A stretch of 64,000 nucleotides of DNA from Myxococcota bacterium. GTDB lineage: Bacteria; Myxococcota_A; UBA9160; UBA4427. The stretch is taken from contig JASMLK010000080.1 of assembly GCA_030748735.1 (NCBI GenBank), positions 16,697 to 80,696 of the forward strand, given 5' to 3'. Positions 45,607 to 54,179 of the stretch are shown here, piece by piece (position 1 is the first letter of the stretch; each line of letters begins with the position of its first letter). The translations under genes were made by a program, and so were the position numbers. The notes below the pieces were generated by a model, which ran no database searches, was not told where the DNA came from, and saw only the letters and a list, made by a program, of their open reading frames with translations.

Positions 45607-46377
45607 GTGGATCGCTTCAGCGTCGCAGGCAAACACATCGCCATCACCGGTGCGTCGTCGGGCTTCGGGCACCACTTCGCTGGTGTGCTCGCGCGCGAAG
45701 GCGCCCGGGTAAGCCTCGGGGCGCGGCGCACGGAAAAGATCGAAGCGCGTGTCGACGGGCTGCGCGGCGAGGGTCACGCGGCTTTCGGTGCGGCCCTCGA
45801 CGTCTGCGACCGCGCGAGCATGGAAGCCTTCTTCACGACCATCGAAGCCGAGTTCGGCCCGGTCGACGTCTTGATCAACAATGCCGGGATCGAAGCCGGC
45901 GCCAAGACCTATACGATGATCGACGAAGACGACTGGGACGCGGTCATCGACACGAACCTCAAGAGCGCATGGCTCATGAGCAAGCTCTACACCGAGCGCG
46001 TCGTCGCCAACGAGCAGCGCGAAGGCAATATCGTGATGATCTCGTCGATCACCGACACGCGGACCATCAAGGGACAGTTCCCGTATGCGATCTCGAAAGG
46101 CGGCGTGACCCGCATGACCGAAGTCCTCGCCCTCGAAGCCCCGCGCTATGGCATTCGCGTGAACGCCATTGCGCCGGGCTACATCCTCACCGACGTGAGC
46201 CGCCTGGTCGTCGAGGGTGACAACGCCCCCGACTTCGTGAAAGGCATCCCGATGCGCCGCTTCGGAAAGTTCGAAGACCTCGACGGGCCGCTCCTGCTGC
46301 TCGCTTCGGACGCGTCGCGCTGGATGAACGGGTCGATCGTGGTGGTCGACGGCGGGCACGTCTGCGCTTCTCTCTAG
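45607..46377 (+). CDS. Short-chain dehydrogenase/reductase (SDR)
   Basis: ITGASSGFGHHFA (TGxxxGxG), NNAG, and S..YAISK catalytic residues. GAGGAGA RBS precedes the GTG start. Confidence 0.9.
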   Translation: MDRFSVAGKHIAITGASSGFGHHFAGVLAREGARVSLGARRTEKIEARVDGLRGEGHAAFGAALDVCDRASMEAFFTTIEAEFGPVDVLINNAGIEAGAKTYTMIDEDDWDAVIDTNLKSAWLMSKLYTERVVANEQREGNIVMISSITDTRTIKGQFPYAISKGGVTRMTEVLALEAPRYGIRVNAIAPGYILTDVSRLVVEGDNAPDFVKGIPMRRFGKFEDLDGPLLLLASDASRWMNGSIVVVDGGHVCASL

Positions 46378-46379
46378 CG

Positions 46380-46401
46380 GGCGAGCGCCGCGGTGCTCGC
46401 C
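46380..46401. terminator. Hairpin between the convergent SDR and AhpD-like genes
   Basis: GGCGAGC-GCCGCGGT-GCTCGCC, a 7-bp perfect stem. No U-tract. Confidence 0.35.
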
Positions 46402-46415
46402 ACACCATCGTGCCG

Positions 46416-47519
46416 CTATCCGACGCCCAGAACGCGCGCGGGGGCCTTTGCGGGGTCGCCGCGTTCGATCTCGGTGTTGGCTGCTCCGCCGAACGCATTG
46501 AGCCCCAGGCGTTCGCGAAAGTCGGCCGAGCCGTGGAGCGTGCCCTCGTCGAGCGGGATCCCGCTCGAGTCGGCGGTGCGAACGAGCCCGTTGAAGATGC
46601 CCACGATGCCGCAGGCTTCCACGAAGCCCGCTTCACCCAGCGTCTTTCGCACGGCCTCACGTGCGGGGTCCATGTCGTCGTTGCCTCGCGTGACGGCTTC
46701 GGCGAAACGCACGAGGGCTTCGCCGTGTTCGATGTCGGAGGCACCCTCCCCGCCCACGGTGGCGTCGAGATTCACTTCCTGGCCAAGCTTGTCGCTGCTC
46801 GCACGGAGCAGACCCACATGGGAGGTCGTTCAGTAGAAGCATTCGTTGACGGCGCTGACCCGGGCCGCGATGAGTTCGGCTTGCGGGCGATCGAGCGGCC
46901 CTCCCCACTCCATGTCGTAGAAGCCGCCCGAGCCGTTGCTGTACATCGCCATCACGTTGGCGAAGAACAGTTGGTTCGCCGACGGTACGAGCGATAGCGC
47001 TCGCGCAACGTTGGGCCCCGTGAAGGGATCGATCATGGGCACGTGGGCGCCTGCGTCGGTTGCTTCGGCGAGTCGGCCGCCGTCGGGTTCACCGGGCTGC
47101 GGGTCCGGCAGCGGTTCGTGCGCGCGCCCCAGGGCTTCGCTGTACGCATCGATCGCACTCATGCAGGCCACGATCGAGATCAGTTCGACGTACGCGCCGT
47201 CACCCAGGGCTGCGATCTTCTTCGCCGCCCACTCGGAATCGATCTTGTGCGCATCGGCCGCGATCGTGCGTGCGGCGTCGACCGCGACTTCGGAGAGACG
47301 GCCTTCGGCGTCCGGAAGACCTTCGCGCAACCACGACGGGTCACCCCGCTTCGCCCGCGTGGCCCGCGCCTGGCGCGCGATCTCGAGGCGTTGTTCGCCC
47401 GTGAAGTACGAACCCGCATTCGCGATCTGCTGCCAACTGGTGCGGTGGACCTGCTGGATCGTGTCGCGTACCGCGAACCCGTCACGGTCGTAGGCGAAGG
47501 TCGAATCGAAGGACGTCAT
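46416..47519 (-). CDS. Predicted selenoprotein: second AhpD/CMD-core protein, in-frame TGA at 46830..46832
   Basis: ORFs 46830..47519 and 46416..46817 are in frame (12 nt apart). Read-through gives ..VSAVNECFY-U-TTSHVGLLRASSDKL... Paralog of 44392..45582, with the same MTSFD N-terminus and NECFYUTTSH core. GGAGG RBS present. Confidence 0.75.
46795..46811 (-). promoter_or_regulatory. bSECIS-like hairpin downstream of the UGA at 46830..46832
   Basis: UGA + 18 nt + CUGCUC-CGUGC-GAGCAG. The loop is identical to the paralog's. One stem pair differs by a compensatory A-U to C-G change. Confidence 0.6.
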
Positions 47520-47581
47520 GCAGTGCCTCCAGGCGCGTCAGGCGAAAACGTAGCGCGCGGTCCGGCACTCGATCGATGGAA

Positions 47582-48229
47582 TCAGATCGGGCCGCGGCCC
47601 TTCCGCCCGCCGAGGATCCAACGAATCATTTCGAGGTGTTGGCCACCCCAGAAGAGTTCGTCGTCGATCCAATAGACGGGCGCCCCTACCGCCATCCCGC
47701 GATCGAAGAGTTCTTCTCCGAGTGCGGCCAAAGTCGCGGGGCCGCGATCTCGCTGCCACGCTTCGAAACCGTCGGCTTCGAGGCCGAGTGCTGCGACCTT
47801 TTTCGCAACGGCCTCCTCGTCCGAGGGATCCAATTCCAGCGCCCAGTACGCACGGAAGATCTCGGCGAGATAATCTGCGACGCACCCGGGGGCGTGTTCG
47901 CGCACCCAGAGCCAACCCACGTTGGCCGCTGCTGGATCGGGGTCACGATAGTAGTCGCGCAACACCAACCCCTGAGCGGACGCGTAGGTTTCGATTTCTC
48001 GCGCGATCTCGCTCGCACGAGAGCGGCGGTGGCGAACGCCGCGATCATCGTCCGCACCCGGCTGCGAAGGCGCCTTCAAGGATGGAACGCTTACGGGCAA
48101 CCAGTTGATGTCGATCCCCGCTTCTCGCCCGAGCTCGATCGTCGGGTGCAATGCGAGATACGTCAGTGGTTGACGCAGGTCGAGGAGTACCGTGAGGCGC
48201 GCTTCGTCGATCGCAGAAGAAAAGCTCAT
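47582..48229 (-). CDS. DsbA-like thioredoxin-fold protein, 2-hydroxychromene-2-carboxylate isomerase / GST-kappa family
   Basis: ..LLDLRQPLTYLAL.. N-terminal motif, with Gln where the family usually has the catalytic Ser. C-terminal GAPVYWIDDELFWGGQHL. Start overlaps the upstream stop (ATGA). Confidence 0.8.
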   Translation of the reverse strand: MSFSSAIDEARLTVLLDLRQPLTYLALHPTIELGREAGIDINWLPVSVPSLKAPSQPGADDDRGVRHRRSRASEIAREIETYASAQGLVLRDYYRDPDPAAANVGWLWVREHAPGCVADYLAEIFRAYWALELDPSDEEAVAKKVAALGLEADGFEAWQRDRGPATLAALGEELFDRGMAVGAPVYWIDDELFWGGQHLEMIRWILGGRKGRGPI

Positions 48230-48918
48230 GCCGCGAACGACCGATTCATCATCAGCGGAGCCGGGCCCTCCTTCCCGCTCAACAGCCAGGCGATGCGGGG
48301 GAGATGCTCGCGACCAAACCAGGCTTCGTCCTCGACGAGAAAGGTCGGCACACCGAACACGCCGCCATCGAAGGCGCGCGTGTTGACTTCGTCATGCAAC
48401 GCCCGCCCTTCGCCTGATGCGTAACTTTCGAAGCCAATCGTTTCGAGCCCGGCCTTCTTCAACACGCTTTCGAACACCGCGACGTCCTCGATGTCGAGTT
48501 CGCGGTTCCAGAACGGCGGATACACGGTGTCGAGAAAGCGATCGTACGCCTCAGGTCCCTGCGCCTTCGCCCACAGCATCGCAATACCGGCGAGACTCGA
48601 ATCCCAGATCTTGATCGTCCCCCGCACGGTCTTCCCGGTGAGATTCGCGTAGCGACGGGCGTCCATGTACGCGTACTTCACGCCCTTCCATTGCTGCGGT
48701 GAGCGCTTGCTCTTTGCGACCTTCCCCTTCTTGTCGAGCTTTGCGCTCCCGAGATAGCTCGGGATGTCGAGTGTGAAGGGGCGCCAGTCGACCTCGACGC
48801 CGAGCGCACGCGCCATGTCGCGCGTCGGCTCGATCGCGAGGTAGGCGTACGGGCTCTTGAGGTCGATGTAGACCGCGAGGGCGTGATCGCCGCGCAGCTC
48901 ACTGAATGCGTTCGACAT
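48226..48918 (-). CDS. DsbA-like thioredoxin-fold protein, 2-hydroxychromene-2-carboxylate isomerase / GST-kappa family
   Basis: VYIDLKSPYAYLA (the SPY motif carrying the Ser) and GVFGVPTFLVEDEAWFGREHL are family signatures. Confidence 0.85.
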   Translation of the reverse strand: MSNAFSELRGDHALAVYIDLKSPYAYLAIEPTRDMARALGVEVDWRPFTLDIPSYLGSAKLDKKGKVAKSKRSPQQWKGVKYAYMDARRYANLTGKTVRGTIKIWDSSLAGIAMLWAKAQGPEAYDRFLDTVYPPFWNRELDIEDVAVFESVLKKAGLETIGFESYASGEGRALHDEVNTRAFDGGVFGVPTFLVEDEAWFGREHLPRIAWLLSGKEGPAPLMMNRSFAA

Positions 48919-48927
48919 GGTCGTGCT

Positions 48928-49350
48928 TCAGCCCTCCCGCGGAGGCAAGGTCTGTTGCGTGGCGATGAGTCGCGAATCGTCGAGAGCCGCTGTTCGATGA
49001 ACCGCGATGGTCAGGTATTCCTCACTCGTCGTCATGTCGATGAAATGCTGGAGCGAGGGATATTCCACGATGACCGCGTCGTCCCAGGCTTCGGCCTCCG
49101 GCGCAATCGGAGCGGAGAGCACGCTACCGGCCCAAATCGGGCGACCGCCCTGCTTGGCGACCAACGGCAGCACCCCATGTCCATAGCGGTCGTAGGCCTC
49201 GCGCCCCGAGCACGGTTCGTGCCCCGAGCCTGCCTCGTACGCGGCTTCGTCGCGGTAGCGCAGCAGATTGATCATCACGAGCGGCCGCGCATCTTTCGCG
49301 TTGGCGAGCAGTTCATCCATCTGGTCCTGGCGGGGTTCGACGGCGCCCAT
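48928..49350 (-). CDS. DUF1330 domain protein
   Basis: PLVMINLLRYRDEAAY.. and DDAVIVEYPSLQHFIDM parallel the DUF1330 gene at 12749..13192. Confidence 0.8.
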   Translation of the reverse strand: MGAVEPRQDQMDELLANAKDARPLVMINLLRYRDEAAYEAGSGHEPCSGREAYDRYGHGVLPLVAKQGGRPIWAGSVLSAPIAPEAEAWDDAVIVEYPSLQHFIDMTTSEEYLTIAVHRTAALDDSRLIATQQTLPPREG

Positions 49351-49436
49351 ATTCGCTTTCTCCCTGGTTTCTTCAGCGGCGATTCAGGGTAACAATCCGC
49401 GGGCGCAAGGCCCGCAAACCCGGAGAGATCACGCGC

Positions 49437-49719
49437 ATGGTTCGAATCGTCCTGATCGTCGTTGGCGTGCTGCTCCTTGTCGTGCTCGGCTATGCCTACT
49501 ACACCAACGCGGTCGCGAACCCGCGGGCGTTGCAGGACATCCGCGACGCCCCGAACGGGGGTCGCGCGGATCGCGTGATGGGCCTGACGCTCCCCGACGG
49601 CCGCACGATCCCCGTGCACGAAGGACGTCTTCTCGCGCCTGCGCCCGAATGCCGTGCCGGGCTTCGGCACGCTCGTCGAGATTCGCTTCGACGCCGGGCC
49701 CGGGACGCTGGCGCCCTGA
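49437..49719 (+). CDS. Small N-terminally membrane-anchored protein, apparently frameshifted near 49615
   Basis: MVRIVLIVVGVLLLVVLGYAYY.. looks like a TM anchor. After ..GRTIPV the protein-like reading (DVFSRLRPNAVPGFGTLVEIRFDAGPGTLAP*) continues in the +1 frame to TGA 49717..49719. The frame-0 continuation is junk that overlaps the next gene. Confidence 0.3.
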
Positions 49720-49740
49720 GGAACGCTCGGGGAGCGTTCC
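49720..49740 (+). terminator. Perfect 9-bp hairpin immediately after the small ORF
   Basis: GGAACGCTC-GGG-GAGCGTTCC. It is followed by GAAAAGG, with no U-tract. Confidence 0.35.
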
Positions 49741-49816
49741 GAAAAGGGGTGGCTACAGTCCGTCCCGTTCTTCGATCTCGCGCCCGGGGTAGCGAAGACA
49801 AGAAAGGGGACCACCC

Positions 49817-50380
49817 ATGGCTTCCACGGACGACGTCATCGAACGACTCGCCACCATCGAACTCGAAGACACCGACGGCAAGATCAACCGCCTCGAATCC
49901 TATTGGCGCGACCAGACGATCGTTCTCGCCTTCGTGCGGCACTTCGGCTGACTCTTCTGCCGCGAGCAAGTCGCGCAGTTGCGCGACCACATGGATGAGA
50001 TTCGTGACCTCGGCGCCGACGTCGTCGTCGTGGGCAACGGTAACCTCGACTTCGCGCAGGCCTTCCGCGAGGACCTCGACTTCGACGGCCCCCTGTTGAT
50101 CGACCCCGAACTCGAAGCCTATCGCGCGGCATCACTTCGGCGCGGACACAAGGAGATCCTGTCGCCTCGCATGCCGCTCAACGCACTGCGATCGATGCGC
50201 AAGGGCTTTCGCCAGACCTCGGTGCAGGGCGACGCGTTCCAGCTCGGCGGCGTCTTCGTGATCCAGACCGGCGGGGAACTCGCCTATCGTTACGCGAGTC
50301 GCGAAGCCGGCGATCATCCGCCGATCGAAGACGTTCTCGACGCGATCGTGGCCGACCCCGCGGAGTTCGAAGTCGGCTAG
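49817..50380 (+). CDS. Predicted selenoprotein: AhpC/TSA_2 (PRXL2/peroxiredoxin-like 2) family, in-frame TGA at 49949..49951 (U-x-x-C)
   Basis: ATG at 49817 follows AAAGGGGA. 44 codons later TGA occurs, and ORF 49979..50380 is in the same frame. Read-through gives ..IVLAFVRHFG-U-LFCREQVAQLRDHMDEI.., matching the family motif F.RH.GC..CRE. Confidence 0.75.
49970..49987 (+). promoter_or_regulatory. bSECIS-like hairpin downstream of the UGA at 49949
   Basis: UGA + 18 nt + GUCGCGC-AGUU-GCGCGAC. 7-bp perfect stem with G in the loop. Confidence 0.6.
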
Positions 50381-51447
50381 AACGCGCGCGTTTCCCCGAT
50401 GTCGAGAATCCACACGTTTTCGTCCGACAACCCCTGCGCACGTCCCGCAGCACGCATCCGCACGGGCGGCTCATCGAGCGGCTCGTCCGCCAGGTCGAAC
50501 GTGCCGAAGTGCATGCCGAGCAAGCGCTTGCCCGCGACATCGACCCCGACAGCCACTGCCTCCTCGGGGTTCACGTGGGCGTCACGCATCATCTCGCGCG
50601 GTTCATAGGCGCCGATGGGAACGGCTGCGAGATCGAAGGGGCCGAGCCGCGCACCGATCGCCTTGAAGCCGTCGTAGTAACCCGTGTCTCCCGCGAAGTA
50701 GAAGCGCCGCTCTTCCCCCGTCACCGCCCACGACGACCACAGCGCCTTGCGTTCGTCGAACACGCCGCGCCGACTCCAATGCTGCGCGGGCAAGCAGTGC
50801 ACCACGACGCCTTCGACGCCCGCGGTGTCGCCCCAGTCGAGTTCCTGCACGTTCGCGATGCCGGCGTCGCGGAGCAATTCTCCGTTGGCTAGCGGCACGA
50901 AGAAGCGCGTGTCCGTGTTGCGTTCCGCGAGCGCCCGCAACGTGGGCAGGTCGAGATGGTCGTAGTGGTTGTGCGAAACCAGCACGAAGTCGATCGGCGG
51001 GAGATCTTCGAGCGCCACGCCGGGCGGCACCAGACGCGGCGGCCCGGCAAACGAGACCGGGCTCGTGATGTCCGACCAGTTCGGGTCGGTCAGGAAGGTC
51101 ACGTGATCCATCTGCACGAGCAGGGTCGCGTGGCCGATCCAGGTCACGGTCGGCGTGCTGTGTTTCGCGTTTTCGCGCAGGAACGCGCCGTCGTTCGCCA
51201 CGCGCGGCGCCTGGCCCGGCCGCGGGGAGAAAGAAGCCCTCGCGCGGCGCATGAAGAAGGGAAAGCGGGTTCCGACCGTGCCATGCCCGACGGGGCCAGC
51301 GACATTGGCGAAGCGCCCGTCTTCGTCTCGCGGGGCGGACGAAACGTCCGGCTCCGCGCGAGCGGGCAGCGCGCTCGCGAAGAGCAGCGACACCGCGATC
51401 GCGGTCATACTGAAAGCAATAGATACCTTCGACGAAGTCGTACGCAC
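50377..51447 (-). CDS. Secreted MBL-fold metallo-hydrolase (NAPE-PLD-like)
   Basis: Signal peptide ..LLFASALPARA|E. VSHNHYDHLD is the HxHxDH zinc motif. Confidence 0.85.
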   Translation of the reverse strand: MRTTSSKVSIAFSMTAIAVSLLFASALPARAEPDVSSAPRDEDGRFANVAGPVGHGTVGTRFPFFMRRARASFSPRPGQAPRVANDGAFLRENAKHSTPTVTWIGHATLLVQMDHVTFLTDPNWSDITSPVSFAGPPRLVPPGVALEDLPPIDFVLVSHNHYDHLDLPTLRALAERNTDTRFFVPLANGELLRDAGIANVQELDWGDTAGVEGVVVHCLPAQHWSRRGVFDERKALWSSWAVTGEERRFYFAGDTGYYDGFKAIGARLGPFDLAAVPIGAYEPREMMRDAHVNPEEAVAVGVDVAGKRLLGMHFGTFDLADEPLDEPPVRMRAAGRAQGLSDENVWILDIGETRAF

Positions 51448-51454
51448 GCGTCTC

Positions 51455-53164
51455 TCAACCTTCCTGGGGACGCAACATGCCCTGCAATTGTAGCCACATC
51501 TGCGCAGGGCTTTCGCATTGGGTCAGGGCGCGCATTTCCGGACGGCTCGCACCCCTGGCGACAGTACCGAGGATTTCGAGCTGGGTGTCGGCGTCGTCGA
51601 TCGGCGTCAGGATCAGGAAGACCAGATGAGCGGGTTGGTCGTCGACGGCGTTCCAGTCGATGCCCTCCTTCGAGACACCCAGCAGCACGAAGGGACGCTC
51701 CAGCAGGTCGAGTCGCGCGTGCGGCACCGCGATCCCGCCACCGATCCCCGTTCCCATGGTCTCTTCCCGCATGCGCGCCGCTTGCTGCAGCGCGGGCTCG
51801 GGAAGTCCCGGCTCGACCTCACAGGCACGGCGTACGAGTTCTTCGATGGCGCCAAAGCGATCGCGCGCCTCGAGGTTGGGGATGAGCCCCTTCTTGGGAA
51901 ACATGCCGAGGATGTTGAACACTTCGCGCCGGCGCAGCGACCAGCTGAAGAGCGGCCCCACCACGAGGGACGAAGCGATCGAGGCGAACACGATCGCCAC
52001 GAAGAGCGGCTCGTCGATCACGCCGGCCCGGCGCCCGACCACCGCGAGCAGCACACCCATCGAGCCACCCGGCATGTGCGCGATCGCCGTCGGCAGGCGA
52101 TCGAAGGCCGGCATGCGCACACCGAGCGTCCCCACCCAGGCGCCGAAGAACTTTCCGAAGATCGAGAGTGCGGTCACGATCACGACCTGCCCGAAGTCGA
52201 AGCGGGCCGCGAAGTCGACGTGCAGACAGATCCCCGCGAAGAAGAGCGGCACGAAGATCGACTCGACCATCTGTGCGATCACCGACCGACTGTGTTCGGA
52301 CAGCGCCCGGTGATCGCCCGCCATCACCCCGGCGATCAGGAAGCCGAAGATCGGATGGACCCCGATCGCGTGCATCCCGACACCGCAGAAGAGACCGAGA
52401 CAGACGACGAAGGAAAGAGGCGTCGAGGGGTTCGGGAGGCCGCGCGCGTCGAACCACTGAAGCGTGCGCGTGGTGAGGGTGCGTCCGAAGGTGGTTGCGA
52501 CGCCGGCCGCCACGACGGTCCCTCCGACGATCGCCAGCAAGCCGAGCGCACCCGACCCGCCGTGGCCCGCGGCGCCCACCATCCCCAACACGATCGCGAG
52601 GACGAGCCATCCCAACAGCTCGTTGATCGCCATGGCGGAAAGCAACAGCAGCCCGAGATCGGACTTCACGATCTTGAGGTCGAACATCAGGCGCGCGACG
52701 ACGGTAATGGCCGTGATGGATATCGCCGCCCCCACGAAGAGTGAGAAGGCGAGCTTCGGCACGACGCCGTCGCTCCAGCCCTCGTAGGCGAACCAGGCAA
52801 CGCCCGTCCCGAGGGCGAGTGGGATCACGACACCACACACCGCGACCGACATCGACTGCTTCCGCAACCGCCAGGCCGACGCGACGTCGACCTCGAGGCC
52901 GATCACCAGCAGCAGGAATAGGATGCCGATCTGTGCCGTGACGTCGAAGAGGGCGAGCTGGGTCGGGTCGTCGGGGAAGAGCGCTGCGAACGCACCGGGG
53001 GCGAGCTGGCCGAAGAAGGTCTTGCCCAGCAGCAACCCAGCAAGGATCTCGCCCGCCAGGGGCGGCTGATCGAAGCTGCGGAAGACCTCCCCCAGTACGC
53101 GCGCAGCCGCGAGCACCACGAGCACCTGCGTGAGGAACAGCAAGAGCTGGCCTTCGTCCATCAC
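51455..53164 (-). CDS. CPA2 (Kef-type) cation:proton antiporter fused to a C-terminal PTS EIIA(Ntr/Fru)-type domain
   Basis: About 12 TM helices of the Na_H_Exchanger type. The C-terminal ..MGTGIGGGIAVPHARL.. is a PTS_EIIA_2 His motif, followed by AHLVFLILTP. Confidence 0.85.
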   Translation of the reverse strand: MMDEGQLLLFLTQVLVVLAAARVLGEVFRSFDQPPLAGEILAGLLLGKTFFGQLAPGAFAALFPDDPTQLALFDVTAQIGILFLLLVIGLEVDVASAWRLRKQSMSVAVCGVVIPLALGTGVAWFAYEGWSDGVVPKLAFSLFVGAAISITAITVVARLMFDLKIVKSDLGLLLLSAMAINELLGWLVLAIVLGMVGAAGHGGSGALGLLAIVGGTVVAAGVATTFGRTLTTRTLQWFDARGLPNPSTPLSFVVCLGLFCGVGMHAIGVHPIFGFLIAGVMAGDHRALSEHSRSVIAQMVESIFVPLFFAGICLHVDFAARFDFGQVVIVTALSIFGKFFGAWVGTLGVRMPAFDRLPTAIAHMPGGSMGVLLAVVGRRAGVIDEPLFVAIVFASIASSLVVGPLFSWSLRRREVFNILGMFPKKGLIPNLEARDRFGAIEELVRRACEVEPGLPEPALQQAARMREETMGTGIGGGIAVPHARLDLLERPFVLLGVSKEGIDWNAVDDQPAHLVFLILTPIDDADTQLEILGTVARGASRPEMRALTQCESPAQMWLQLQGMLRPQEG

Positions 53165-53203
53165 ACGTGAGTAGCGGATTCAGCTCGCGCCTGCGCGGGT
53201 GGG

Positions 53204-54172
53204 TCAGACCTCGCGCACATCTTTGCCGCAATGGGGGCATGCGGTCACGTCGTCGGGCATCGGGATCACCACGTCGCGCACGGCGATTTCGACGATCTGC
53301 TCCGCTTCCTCGGGATCGACACCCAGGGCCGTCGCATGTCGCAGGTACCGGTCGGCTTCCGTGTCGTCGAACACCCCATCTTCGAGTGCGCGATCGGCTT
53401 CCAGTTCCAGGGTGAGTCGTCGCCGACGGTGCTGCTCGGTGAACCCCGAAGCCAGGATACTCGTCGGCAAGGCGACCATGCCGATCCCCACGATCATGAT
53501 CGACGACGCCATCAACTTGCCGAGCGTCGTGATGGGGGTGACGTCGCCGTACCCAACGGTCGTGAGGGTCGCGACCGCCCACCACATCGCAGCGGGAATC
53601 GACGAAAACGCCTCGGGCTGTGCTTCATGCTCGACGACGTACATCGCGCTCGAAGCAAAGGTCATCATCAGCACGAGTACGGTGAAGGCGGAGAGGAAGG
53701 CACCTCGCTGGGCGCGCAGCACATCGCGGAAGACGCTGAGTGCCGGGGAGTAACGCGTCAACTTCATCACCCGAAGCAGGCGCAGGAAGCGCAAGAAGCG
53801 CAGGTCCAACGAGAAGAAGCTGGCAAGATAGAAGGGAGCGATCGCAAGCATGTCTGCGATCGCCATGGGGGACGCGAGGTACCGCAAGCGGCGTGACAAC
53901 ACGCTGCGGCCGTCGCCGGTCTCCTCTGCAGCCACCCAGACGCGAAGCACCAATTCCGCCGAGAAAACGGCAACCGACACCGCCTCGAAGGCCCCGAACA
54001 GGGGGGCGTAGGCATCCGCAAGCGATTCGACGGATTCGAGAATCACCGCGAGGATGTTCCCCGCAACGAGCACGATGACCGACACGTCGAACAGCCGACT
54101 CAGATCGTCGTCGGGCGACGCGACGTTCACCACTTCGTGCGTACGTCTTCGCATACGCGTCCACAAGCGCAT
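53204..54172 (-). CDS. Voltage-gated-type potassium channel (6TM, TVGYGD filter)
   Basis: The S4-like LRFLRFLRLLRVMKL and the selectivity filter ATLTTVGYGDV are both present. Start set at MRLWTRM (ATG 54172). Confidence 0.85.
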   Translation of the reverse strand: MRLWTRMRRRTHEVVNVASPDDDLSRLFDVSVIVLVAGNILAVILESVESLADAYAPLFGAFEAVSVAVFSAELVLRVWVAAEETGDGRSVLSRRLRYLASPMAIADMLAIAPFYLASFFSLDLRFLRFLRLLRVMKLTRYSPALSVFRDVLRAQRGAFLSAFTVLVLMMTFASSAMYVVEHEAQPEAFSSIPAAMWWAVATLTTVGYGDVTPITTLGKLMASSIMIVGIGMVALPTSILASGFTEQHRRRRLTLELEADRALEDGVFDDTEADRYLRHATALGVDPEEAEQIVEIAVRDVVIPMPDDVTACPHCGKDVREV

Positions 54173-54179
54173 GGCGCAT

